From: Chitinophagaceae bacterium
Lineage (GTDB): Bacteria > Bacteroidota > Bacteroidia > Chitinophagales > Chitinophagaceae
DNA length: 64,000 nucleotides
Assembly: GCA_044226045.1 (NCBI GenBank)
Contig: JBGAHR010000002.1
Location: 97,059 to 161,058, forward strand
Direction of reading: 5' to 3'
The notes under the pieces are model-generated. The model saw only the letters and a list, made by a program, of their open reading frames with translations, had not been told where the DNA came from and ran no database searches. Positions 45,205 through 56,158 of this stretch are shown piece by piece (the stretch's first letter is position 1; every line of letters starts with the position of its first letter). The translations under genes and the position numbers were made by a program.

Positions 45205-46665
45205 TTACTTACCGTTGAAAGAAGTCCAACCTTTCCACCAGGTAGCATCTTCACCAGCCGGAGCGATTGCACCACGGAAGGTTACTACTTTAAAGAAAGG
45301 ATCAGCCACTTTTGGATCAGTGAAAGCTGCGCCATTCAGGATTTTCTGGTTACCGCTTGAACCGGCAAACGGAGTAGGATCCGGAGCAGCGTAGTTGAAC
45401 GGTTGAATCAATTTAGCATCCGCAGAGTTCGTCAGGATGTCGTTGTTGTAGAAGCTGCTGGTAAACCAGGTCAGCATGCTGGCATCTGATTCGCCGGTTG
45501 GAGCGCTTCCACTTACAGAATATTTAATATTGATGGTGTTACCTGCCAGTGTAGTATTGCGGATGCGGAGCGTGCTGTCTTTGATGTTCAGATCGGTTGG
45601 TGTACCGGTGCTGGCATCGATCAGAATACCCTGTGGCCAACCCATGATGATGGAGTTGTAAATAGACAGTGCCGAGTTCCTGCGGATCTGTGCACCTGCA
45701 CGGAACAGTGAGTTACCGGCATTATTTAATGTAGCGCGGGGACCGATAGCAGTGATGTTGGAGAAAACTGCGCTGGTTTTGGGAGTAGCTGTTGTACCAC
45801 TGGCGTTGTTATCGCTCTCGAAAGCTTCCGAGGTAGAAATGTCAGCGATCAGTGAATCACGAATCACGAGACCAAACTGAACTTTTCCGGAGAAACCGTT
45901 ATCGGTATCGAAATCGTCGTCCTGTGTTTTGTAGGCAATGAGGTATTTGCAATTAACGGTACCACCAAACCATTCGTAAGCATCATCCTTTGCATAGATC
46001 ACCTGAACGTGATCGATAGTAGTGCCACTACCAACGGCAGCCAATGTAAGGCTGTTGATCTCTTTATCAGGCTGGAAGGCATAGCCGGCATATTCAATTC
46101 TTACGTATTTCAGGGTGCCTGAGTTATCGTCGGAAACCGGCGTGGGGGCCACTGCGTCGCCAGAACCGGCAAGACCATCGCCGTTGGCATTGTCGATACC
46201 ACCTTCAACCTGGTACAGTCCGTTCACACCATTGAAGCTGGTGTTGATAGGCGCTTTACCGCAAAGAACGATTCCACCCCAGTCGCCTGAGCTTGGATTC
46301 GGAGCAGCCGAAGTGAAGATGATGGGTTCGGTAGCTGTACCCACCGCATTGATTTTAGAACCACGCGTAATGATCAGAGCAGCCACATCACTTCCACTGA
46401 AGGAACCTTTAATCACTGTACCCGCTTCGATATTCATGGTATGATTGCCTACCATGTATACCAGTCCTTTCAGAATATAAGTATTCTCTTTGCGAAGCGT
46501 AGTATCGGCATTGATCCTGCCAGACAAAGTGATCGTCTGACCGGTGCTTCCACCACCAGGGCCTGGAACGATGATGATTTCTTTTTCACCATCCATTTCA
46601 ATTTTACGGCAGGCGTTGAAAGCGAGTCCTGCGAAAGCGACTAAAAACAAAATACTCTTTTTCAT
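45205..46665 (-). CDS. Uncharacterised outer-membrane lipoprotein, probable right-handed beta-helix
   Basis: Lipobox LAFNAC; repeated beta-coil patterns (SGTLKYVRIEYAG, DDAYEWFGG, DDDFDTDNG, AFESDN). Confidence 0.8.
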   Translation of the reverse strand: MKKSILFLVAFAGLAFNACRKIEMDGEKEIIIVPGPGGGSTGQTITLSGRINADTTLRKENTYILKGLVYMVGNHTMNIEAGTVIKGSFSGSDVAALIITRGSKINAVGTATEPIIFTSAAPNPSSGDWGGIVLCGKAPINTSFNGVNGLYQVEGGIDNANGDGLAGSGDAVAPTPVSDDNSGTLKYVRIEYAGYAFQPDKEINSLTLAAVGSGTTIDHVQVIYAKDDAYEWFGGTVNCKYLIAYKTQDDDFDTDNGFSGKVQFGLVIRDSLIADISTSEAFESDNNASGTTATPKTSAVFSNITAIGPRATLNNAGNSLFRAGAQIRRNSALSIYNSIIMGWPQGILIDASTGTPTDLNIKDSTLRIRNTTLAGNTINIKYSVSGSAPTGESDASMLTWFTSSFYNNDILTNSADAKLIQPFNYAAPDPTPFAGSSGNQKILNGAAFTDPKVADPFFKVVTFRGAIAPAGEDATWWKGWTSFNGK

Positions 46666-46696
46666 CTGTGTTTTTATTTGTGTTTAGAGAGTTTAT

Positions 46697-49481
46697 TTAT
46701 AATGAATAACTGAACGTGATGCCGAAAGTGGTTCCAAACTTCCTGGTGAAACGATAAGCGTCTTTCCCTTTCTGGAAGGTTGTTTTGCTGTCGGCATTCT
46801 GGTAGAAATATTGTGTCTGGTTCAGGAGATCCTGTACATTCAGCCTGATCTCAGCTTTGTTCTTCAGGAATTTCTTGGATGCCTGGAAGTCGAGCAATCC
46901 GCGGGGTGCCTCGTAAATATCAGGAGAACCCGCACCGGATGTTAAATCACCCACCAGATAAATTCTTTCGCCGATCTGGTTGAAGAGAAGCGTAAAGTTC
47001 AAACCGGCTTTCTCTACATCATACAACAAGCCGAGGTTGATCAGGTAGGGAGACTGCCCTTGCAGAGGACGATCGACCTGGAAGCCTTTGTCTTTAATAC
47101 GGCTGTAGATATAAGCGGCATTGGCCTGGAAAGTGAAGTTGCCCAATCCCTTGATGAAGTCCAGTTTCTTGCGAAACTCCACCTCAGCGCCATACGAAGT
47201 TGCTTTCTCGGGATTCTGGAAACTGAAAGTGCTTGCACCACCGCTGCCTTCATTGAAGATCTGCTCGATGGGCTTATCGAAATGTTTGTAAAATACACCT
47301 GCTGTGAGCACTTCACCCGCACGTGGATACAACTCGTAACGCAAATCGAAATTGGTTACCTTGGTACGCTCCAGGTTCGGGTTACCCTGTACAGAGGCAT
47401 TCAATTCGAAATCATAAATATTCAGGAACGACAGCTCTCTCAGTTCTGGTCTGATCACCGTTTGTGATCCCGAGAGACGAATATTGGTCTTGGCGTTGAC
47501 TTTATAAGTAGCATTCAGACCGGGCAGGAAATCGGTTACCTGTGTATGTGTGTGTCTTGGGTCGTATTTCTTTACACTTCCTACCAGCTGATCGTAGTTT
47601 TCGATACGAAGTCCCCATACCACGCGAAGTGCGTCTGTAAGCTGGTTATCCAACTGAAGGAAGCCGCCATTCAGAATGGTATTAGCGAGGTAACGGAACG
47701 TGTTTCCTTTGATGGCATCAAATCCAAACTTGTTACCGGTGCCATCACCAAAATTGGCAGGATCAAAAACCACATCGGGTGCCAGTTGACGAAGGGCGTC
47801 ATTGTCTATTGGAAGGTAGTTGGCAAAAAGTTTCGCGTCATACAGGCGGTCTTTGATCTGCAACATATAACCGCCTTTCAGTGCCTGCCCTCTGCCACCA
47901 AACATTTTGAAATTGTAAGTAAGATCACCACCTGCCGTATAGATATAGTCGCTCAGGTTCTGGTAGATACGGCTACCGCTTTGTTGTGAAAGGGTGTTGG
48001 AGATCACCAGTCTGTAAGGGTCATTGGAGCCCTGCGACTTTGAATACAGGATTCTTCTCTGATCGGGAATATAACCATCGAGGATGTTGAAAGCTCCGTA
48101 CCATTTCAGCTTAAGCGGCTTTAATATAGTGTGGTCGCCGGATGCCTGTACAGTAAAGAAGGTATTTTGTTTGAAAGTCAACTCGGGTCCTGAGAGGTCA
48201 TCATCGCGGTTGTAATCGATACCGCTCCTGCGGGTAACGTAGTTGGGAGAGTTGACATTCACAATTGATTTGATAGATATCTTGTTGAAGTTGTTCAGCT
48301 GAATGCTCAGGCTTCCCAATGCACCTACCTGCACATCCTGGATATACCGATCATCGTTGAAATTGTAGTTGGTACTGAAAACTGTTCCAGACAATGAATT
48401 GGAGCGGTTCAACAAACGGAGGTAACGATTGGTCTTATTATAAGTAACACCCAGCGTACCACCAATAGTCTTCCCAAAAAGTTTTGTATTGAAGCCCCCA
48501 TTCAATTGGAAAGAAGTATTCAGGGGAGCTGACGTTTTCTCCGGAGTCCAGGCATTCCTTAATTGCTTTCCGATGGCAGTCTTCTGTGCAGGCGTCAATA
48601 CGTCGAAGTCTGATTTAGTGGTATAGGAAGAAGGCAGACCGCGGGTGCCATCATCGATGCCCAGCCAGTCTGTTCTGCCGCCTTTGTCTTTGTAAAAATC
48701 CTTTCCAATGGTTTGTGAGTTGAAACCGGTGCCCACCTGTACATTCAAAAATCCTTTAGAGGGAATGTCTTTTGTATTCACCTGGATCAATCCGCCCGCC
48801 CATTCACCAGGATACTCTGGCACGAATGCTTTATTGATAACGATATTATCAATCATGGCTGCAGGGATCAGATCAAAAGAGAATGTTTTACGATCGGGCT
48901 CCGTACTGGAGAAAGGATACCATTCAGCATCGCCTGGTTGTAGCGATCGGCCAACCCTCTTACAATAATGAATCGTCCTTCCTGGATACTGGCACCTGGC
49001 GTACGCTTCAGGACTTCACCCGTGTTTTTATCGGGAGAACGGCGAATGGTTTCAGCAGAAATAACAGAAGCCACCGTATTGGTGTTCTTCTGGAAGGATA
49101 TCATCGAAGCGGCTGTTTCGCGGCGGGCGTTTGTTCTGTTGGCCGTAACCGTAACAGCACCCAGGTTTTTACTCGATACAGACAGCACGATATTCAGTTC
49201 GGTTACCTTTCCTTCTGCCACTTCAATTTCGTCAACCGTCTTTTTTTCGTAGCCAACCGCAGAATTCGAGGGTATATTTTTTTCCAGCCGCGAGCGTAAG
49301 CAGGAAGTTACCTTCACCGGAACTGGTAACACCTCCCGGAGCGCGGAAATTTTAATAGATACGCCGGCAACCGGTTCATTCTTTTTCATTGAGAACCTTA
49401 CCGGATATCTTGCCTGTTTTGAGAGAACGCAGTAAACGAACAAATCAACAGGGCCAGGAGTAGGAGGTAATTTTTGCTCAC
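46697..49481 (-). CDS. TonB-dependent receptor; 5' part frameshifted in this copy
   Basis: Continuous ORF 46697-48856 ending in GITFSYSL; indels near 48912, 49260, 49340 and 49385 relative to the second copy. Joining 53916-53004 to 48570-46697 gives one 2787-nt frame (928 aa). Confidence 0.8.
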
Positions 49482-49588
49482 GAGTAACTGTTTATTTGCG
49501 GCAAAAGTATCCCCGCACTGTTACCGTCCTGTTACTCCAATGTAATGGAATTGTGACCTCAATGTTACCGGAATGTTACCTGCCTGGT

Positions 49589-50888
49589 TTAGAAGCGGTA
49601 TTGCATGCGGCAGGTGAAGATATTATCGGCCAGATCGGTGGTGTAGCCGGTCAGATTGGTCTTTTCATTGTTAACAAAATGATACCAGAGCAACAGCTTC
49701 ACGTTCTCATTGATATAATAATTATAGCCCACACCATAGTTGGTATATTTAATATTAGTGGCATTCACTTTGGTTCGCCTTTCCAATATCTTTTCCCACA
49801 CTTTCGTGTTAGATCGTACCAATCCAGTTTGAACGCAAGCTGGTGATAGGTGTTAACAATGTTCTGAAGAAAATAAATAAATGCGCCGTTGAATGGACGT
49901 ATATAATAACTGGTAGCGCCCAATAATACACCGGTGTTTCGCTGGTAGCAGCACTCGAAGTTGATGCCCACCAGTACTCCCCCTGATTTCCGTGAAGCCC
50001 CACTGGTGTTTCAGTTTACGCACCTGGGCATCGAACCCGTAATATTTCGGGGATTTTAGTGCCCACATTGAGAGGAGTGAATCCACTTCAAAGGTTTCGC
50101 CGGATATGCCCTTTCGCTACCTGGTATTCGTATTTCTTACTTTGCAGAATACCGCCATTCATGGTGAGAACCCCGCTGAAACAAAAAACGCTCTTATTAA
50201 TAGGTAAGGCTTCCAGCGATTCTTCCGATATAATCCTTGTATTGATCAAACTCTCCCGGTCCGTTCAAACCCTGACCATTGAACACACCCAGGTCAATCT
50301 TGAAAAATCTAAACCGGGAGGCAGGATTCAGCTTTCAGAAGCTGACCATCGCTCCACGAAGGTCTCTTTTTCGGTTTTTCATCAATGTCTGAGGCATGCG
50401 GCCACGCTCCGGCGATTCCCGATCCGTGAAGCAAGGTTAACTTCATATCCAAAAGGACGGGCAAACACCCCTGTGGTAAAGGCAAATTGTCTCCATTTAT
50501 TTTCAAACAAACGAATCCAGGCATCCCGCACATTTACGCCTCGTTCTGTTGCATCGATCTGAAAAACGAATTGCATAAGAGGGCTGCTGGTATTGATTGG
50601 ACCTTAGATAATCGAGTCGTATCCTGCTTCGGCGAAGCACGAACCGATCATTCGAATTCGTTGCAAATCACCCCCTTCAAAAGTGCGTGCACCCCTTTGA
50701 TTGTGAAACCGGAATTGAGGCTGAATAACCACTGAAACGCAACCGGTCATATCTGTATAAATATCAAGTATCCCTTTCGCCACAGACTTGCTCGTATCGA
50801 TCATATCCATGAGAAACTGGCTTTCAGCTACTTGAACAAGCAGTAAAAACGTAATAAAGAAGTTTCAGGAGTTAACAATTGCTTCGCT
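49589..50888 (-). pseudogene. Frameshifted copy of the phosphate-selective porin gene
   Basis: Fragments match 54024-55340; start codon lost. Confidence 0.85.
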
Positions 50889-51012
50889 GTTAAATTAACA
50901 TTTCGCGCAAAAGGTAAAAGGAGCCTCGGACGCCCCGTATTAAATTGTTACCAAATGTTTCCTCTTGCCGGGTTGGTCTATTTCGACTAATCTTTGCGCA
51001 AAACTTAGTTCC

Positions 51013-51644
51013 ATGGGATTGAATTCAATCATGAAGTGCTTTACGCCAAAAGACAGGCTTTATTCTTTTTGAAGAAGTGGCAGACAATCATTTCTGCGAT
51101 GGGCAAGACCCCTCAAAAGTGGTGACAGAACCCGATTTTTGATAAAGAGCCTCCATCATCTCCAAAGTAGAAGACCTGGAACACCAGAATGATGAAATGA
51201 CTCACCGCATTTTCACCGAACTGGGTCGCAATTTCATCACATCCTCGATCGCGAAGACATTCACTACTGGCTTCAGCTCCTGGATGATATCTGCGATTAT
51301 ACCGCCACAGCACAAAAGATCAACTTCTATAAAATAAACCTACAATGATGGTATCCAGAAAATGGCCAATCTGGATTCGAGCAGGGTTCGTGACCATATC
51401 CGTACCGCGGTTGCGAACTGCGTAACATGCGCAATATGCGCAGCATTACCGATGCGCTGGTAAAGTGAATAGTATTGAAAACCAGACGGACGATATTTTT
51501 GACTGTAGCATCGACCGTTTGTTCGAAACAGAACCCGACGCGAAAGAAGTGATCAAAGAAATCTACCAGGTGATGGAAGTGGTGATTGATAAATGCGAAG
51601 ATGCCGCCAATGTAATTGAGTCCATCATCATCAAATACGCATAA
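51013..51644 (+). pseudogene. Frameshifted copy of the DUF47 gene
   Basis: Matches 55465-56112 with deletions. Confidence 0.85.
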
Positions 51645-51691
51645 TTAAGGAACAGGAAATAGATTTTCCTTTACTTCCATTTGTATTTATT

Positions 51692-52716
51692 ATGACTTTT
51701 TTCTTGTTATCATCATTGTTCCTGGCGCTGGTTTTGATTACATCAATGGATTTCGCGACGCGCCAACAAATGCCACTATTGTATCTACCAAGGTGCTGGA
51801 CCTTTTCAGGCGATTGCTATGGGCTGAATCTTCAGCTTCGCGGCTTTTTTGTATCAAAATACATCGTTGGTGAATTCAAAATCGGTAATACCCATCGCCA
51901 AACCGGTGAATGAACACTTCATTACGCTTGAAGTAATCTTTGCCGGGTTGGTAGCCTCATCGCCTGGAACCTGCTGACCTGGTGGTTTGGTATCCTTCCA
52001 GTTCGAGCCACACCTTATTGGGTGGATTCGCTGCGGCGCAGCCCTTGCCAATGCTGGTCATCTTTCAAGATGGTATCGATGTAATTAATTACGCCTGGGT
52101 GATTCCTACTTTCCTGTTCATTTTTCATGCCACTCATCGGAATGATCATTGCCTTTATCATTACGCTGCTAATCATCAATCTCTTCCGAAAAGCCAATCC
52201 TTATCGGGCTGGAGAGCTGGTTCAGAAGATTGCAGCTGGTATCTTCCGCATTGTTCAGCCTCGGCCATGGTGGTAACGATGCCCAGAAAGTAATGGGGAT
52301 CATTGGAGCAGCTTATATTTTTTATGAAAACAAAGAGGCGTAGACCTGACCTTCCTTTCACCCAATTTGTAAATACCTATAGGTGCCCTCGCCAGCTTTA
52401 CCGCCATTGCCATTGGCACCATGAAAGCGGTGGGTGAAAGATTGTAAAACAATGGGAACCCGCATTACGAAAGAACACCGCTGGAAGGCGTGAGCGCTGA
52501 AACTGCCGGAGCCTCTACCCTATTCCTGACAGGAGAAGCTGGGTATCCCCGTGAGCACTACACATACCATCAATCGATCATTGGGGTGGGCGCCACCAAA
52601 CGACTTTCTGCTGTTAGATGGGGAGTTACCATTAACCCAATGGCTGGATCCTCACCATTCCCGTAAGCGCCCTGCTCGCGGCACTGGTGTTTTATATCAT
52701 GAAACCGTTCCTGTAA
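51692..52716 (+). pseudogene. Frameshifted copy of the PiT transporter gene
   Basis: Matches 56159-57196 with indels. Confidence 0.85.
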
Positions 52717-53002
52717 ACTACAGTTACGATTCCTTTAAATTACGGATTACGAATTACGGATTACGGATTACGAATTACGGATTACGAATTACATATGGAT
52801 TATTAATTACGAATTATTTGATGTAAAAACAACCTGTCGTCCGCATTTCGTCATCTGTAATTACACTTGCTCATTGACCAATTAACCAATTGGCGTATTG
52901 CCAAATTGCATTCCATCCGTAATTCGTCATCCGTCATTCGTAATCATCATTGGCTCATTGACCAATTGGCGTATTGGCTCATTGCCTACCCATCCGTGTA
53001 CC

Positions 53003-53916
53003 CCGATGGCAGTCTTCTGTGCAGGCGTCAATACGTCGAAGTCTGATTTAGTGGTATAGGAAGAAGGCAGACCGCGGGTGCCATCATCGATGCCCAGCCA
53101 GTCTGTTCTGCCGCCTTTGTCTTTGTAAAAATCCTTTCCAATGGTTTGTGAGTTGAAACCGGTGCCCACCTGTACATTCAAAAATCCTTTAGAGGGAATG
53201 TCTTTTGTATTCACCTGGATCAATCCGCCCGCCCATTCACCAGGATACTCTGGCACGAATGCTTTATTGATAACGATATTATCAATCATGGCTGCGGGGA
53301 TCAGATCAAAAGAGAATGTTTTACGATCGGGCTCCGTACTGGAGAGAAGGATACCATTCAGCATCGCCTGGTTGTAGCGATCGGCCAACCCTCTTACAAT
53401 AATGAATCGTCCTTCCTGGATACTGGCACCTGGCGTACGCTTCAGGACTTCACCCGTGTTTTTATCGGGAGAACGGCGAATGGTTTCAGCAGAAATAACA
53501 GAAGCCACCGTATTGGTGTTCTTCTGGAAGGATATCATCGAAGCGGCTGTTTCGCGGCGGGCGTTTGTTCTGTTGGCCGTAACCGTAACAGCACCCAGGT
53601 TTTTACTCGAAACAGACAGCACGATATTCAGTTCGGTTACCTTTCCTTCTGCCACTTCAATTTCGTCAACCGTCTTTTTTTCGTAGCCAACCGCAGAGAA
53701 TTCGAGGGTATATTTTTTTCCAGCCGCGAGCGTAAGCAGGAAGTTACCTTCACCGGAACTGGTAACACCTCCCGGAGCGCCGGAAATTTTAATAGATACG
53801 CCGGCAACCGGTTCATTCTTTTCATTGAGAACCTTACCGGATATCTTGCCTGTTTGAGAGAACGCAGTAAACGAACAAATCAGCAGGGCCAGGAGTAGGA
53901 GGTAATTTTTGCTCAC
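53003..53916 (-). pseudogene. Intact but truncated 5' third of the TonB-dependent receptor (second copy)
   Basis: ORF 52927-53916 follows the TBDR to AQKTAIG, then runs into repeat sequence at the junction. Confidence 0.85.
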
Positions 53917-53936
53917 GAGTAACTGTTTATTTGCGG

Positions 53937-54014
53937 CAAAAGTATCCCCGCACTGTTACCGTCCTGTTACTCCAATGTAATGGAATTGTGACCTCAATGT
54001 TACCGGAATGTTAC
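53937..54014 (-). promoter_or_regulatory. TBDR promoter: -7 TACTTTTG plus six 11-bp-periodic TGTTAC boxes
   Basis: 53954 TGTTAC, 53965 TGTTAC, 53976 TGTAAT, 53987 TGTGAC, 53998 TGTTAC, 54009 TGTTAC; duplicated at about 49502-49579. Confidence 0.82.
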
Positions 54015-54023
54015 CTGCCTGGT

Positions 54024-55340
54024 TTAGAAGCGGTATTGCATGCGGCAGGTGAAGATATTATCGGCCAGATCGGTGGTGTAGCCAGTCAGATTGGTCTTTT
54101 CATTGTTAACAAAATGATACCAGAGCAACAGCTTCACGTTCTCATTGATATAATAATTATAGCCCACGCCATAGTTGGTATATTTAATATTAGTGGCATT
54201 CACACTGGTTCCAGCCTTTCCAATATCTTTTCCCGACACTTTCGTGTTGGGATCGTACCAATCCAGTTTGAACGCAAGCTGGTGATGGGCGTTAACAATG
54301 TTCTGAAGAAAATATATAAATGCGCCGTTGAATGGACGTATATAGTAACCTTCGGTAGCGCCCAATAATACACCCGGTGTTTCGCTGGTAGCAGCACTCG
54401 AAGTTTGAGTACCCCACCAGTACTCCCCCCTGATTTCCGTGAAGCCCCACTGGTGTTTCAGTTTTACCTGGGCATCGAACCCGTAATATTTCCGGGGATT
54501 TTTAGTGCCCACATTGGAGAGGGAGGAATCCACTTCAAAGGTTTCGCCGGCGGTGCCTTTTGCTACCTGGTATCTGTATTTGTTACTTTGCAGAATACCG
54601 CCATTCAGATATGAGAACCCCGCTGAAACAAACACGCTCTTATTAATAGGGTAAGGCTTCAAGGCGATTCTTCCGATATAATCCTTGTATTGATCAAACT
54701 CTCCCGGTCCGTTCAAACCCTGACCATTGAACACACCCAGGTCAATCTTGAAAAATCTAAACCGGGAGGCAGGATTCCGGCTTTCGAAGCTGACCATCGC
54801 TCCGAGGTCTCTTTCGGTTTTCATCAATGTCTGAGACATGCGGCCACGCTCCGGCGATTCCCGATCAGAAGAAGCAAGGTTAACTTCATATCCAAAAGGA
54901 CGGGCAAACACCCCTGTGGTAAAGGCAAATTGTCTCCATTTATTTTCAAACAAACGAATCCAGGCATCCCGCACATTTACGCCTCGTTCTGTTGCATCGA
55001 TCTGAAAAACGAATTGCATAGAGGGCTGCTGGTATTGATTGGACCTTACATAATCGAGTCGTATCCTGCTTCGGCGAAGCATGAACCGATCATTCGAATT
55101 CGTTGCAAAATCACCCCCTTCAAAAGTGCGTGCACCCTTTGATTGTGAAACCTGGAATTGCGGCTGAATATAACCACTGAAACGCAACCGGTCATATCTG
55201 GTATAAATATCAAGTATCCCTTTCGCTACAGACTTGCTCGTATCGATCATATCCATGAGAAACTGGCTTTCAGCTACTTGAACAAGCAGTAAAAACGTAA
55301 TAACAAAAAGAAGTTTCAGGGGAGTTAACAATTGCTTCAT
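54024..55340 (-). CDS. Phosphate-selective porin O/P-like outer-membrane protein
   Basis: Signal peptide; RFSGYIQPQFQ, FMLRRSRIR, VRDAW, TGVFARPFG; C-terminal YRF; context. Confidence 0.8.
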   Translation of the reverse strand: MKQLLTPLKLLFVITFLLLVQVAESQFLMDMIDTSKSVAKGILDIYTRYDRLRFSGYIQPQFQVSQSKGARTFEGGDFATNSNDRFMLRRSRIRLDYVRSNQYQQPSMQFVFQIDATERGVNVRDAWIRLFENKWRQFAFTTGVFARPFGYEVNLASSDRESPERGRMSQTLMKTERDLGAMVSFESRNPASRFRFFKIDLGVFNGQGLNGPGEFDQYKDYIGRIALKPYPINKSVFVSAGFSYLNGGILQSNKYRYQVAKGTAGETFEVDSSLSNVGTKNPRKYYGFDAQVKLKHQWGFTEIRGEYWWGTQTSSAATSETPGVLLGATEGYYIRPFNGAFIYFLQNIVNAHHQLAFKLDWYDPNTKVSGKDIGKAGTSVNATNIKYTNYGVGYNYYINENVKLLLWYHFVNNEKTNLTGYTTDLADNIFTCRMQYRF

Positions 55341-55358
55341 GTTAAATTAACATTGGCG

Positions 55359-55448
55359 CAAAGGTAAAAGGAGCCCGGACGCCCCGTATTAAGAAATTGT
55401 TACCAAATGTTTCCTCTTGCCGGGTTGGTCTATTTCGACTAATCTTTG
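55359..55448. promoter_or_regulatory. Divergent porin / DUF47-pit promoters with phased hexamers
   Basis: Minus -7 TACCTTTG at 55359-55366; hexamers 55387 TATTAA, 55398 TGTTAC, 55409 GTTTCC; plus TTG at 55417 and AATCTTTG at 55441. Confidence 0.65.
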
Positions 55449-55464
55449 CGCAAAACTTAGTTCC

Positions 55465-56112
55465 ATGGGATTGAATTCAATCATGAAGCTTTTTACGCCA
55501 AAAGACAGGGTTTTTTATTCTCTTTTTGAAGAAGTGGCAGATAATGTTTCTGCGATGGGCAAGACCCTCAAAGAAGTGGTGACAGAACCCGATTTTGATA
55601 AAAGAGCCTCCATCATCTCCAAAGTAGAAGACCTGGAACACCAGAATGATGAAATGACTCACCGCATTTTCACCGAACTGGGTCGCAATTTCATCACTCC
55701 TTTTGATCGCGAAGACATTCACTACCTGGCTTCAGCCCTGGATGATATCTGCGATTATACTTTCGCCACAGCCAAAAAGATCAACTTCTATAAAATAAAC
55801 CCCAATGATCAGGGTATCCAGAAAATGGCCGACCTGATCGAGCAGGGTTGTGACCATATCCGTACCGCGGTTAAGGAACTGCGTAACATGCGCAATATGC
55901 GCAGCATTACCGATGCGCTGGTAAAAGTGAATAGTATTGAAAACCAGGCGGACGATATTTTTGACCTTAGCATCGACCGTTTGTTCGAAACAGAACCCGA
56001 CGCGAAAGAAGTGATCAAAAAAAGGGAAATCTACCAGGTGATGGAAGTGGTGACTGATAAATGCGAAGATGCCGCCAATGTAATTGAGTCCATCATCATC
56101 AAATACGCATAA
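55465..56112 (+). CDS. DUF47 family (PhoU-like) phosphate transport regulator
   Basis: FITPFDREDIHYLASALDDICD, IENQADDIF, TDKCEDAANVI; upstream of PiT. Confidence 0.92.
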   Translation: MGLNSIMKLFTPKDRVFYSLFEEVADNVSAMGKTLKEVVTEPDFDKRASIISKVEDLEHQNDEMTHRIFTELGRNFITPFDREDIHYLASALDDICDYTFATAKKINFYKINPNDQGIQKMADLIEQGCDHIRTAVKELRNMRNMRSITDALVKVNSIENQADDIFDLSIDRLFETEPDAKEVIKKREIYQVMEVVTDKCEDAANVIESIIIKYA

Positions 56113-56158
56113 TTAAGGAACAGGAAATAGATTTCTCTTACTTCCATTTGTATTTATT

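Larger units (their letters stand above)
48570..52997. repeat. Degenerate first copy of a ~4.4-kb tandem duplication
   Basis: Co-linear with 53003-57486 (offset 4433 at the left end); many small indels. Confidence 0.93.

Noticed and set aside
48570-53003. Duplication as an IS- or prophage-mediated event or as programmed frameshifting in the TBDR
   Set aside because: No transposase, terminal repeats or att sites; indels are numerous and scattered, not a single slippery site
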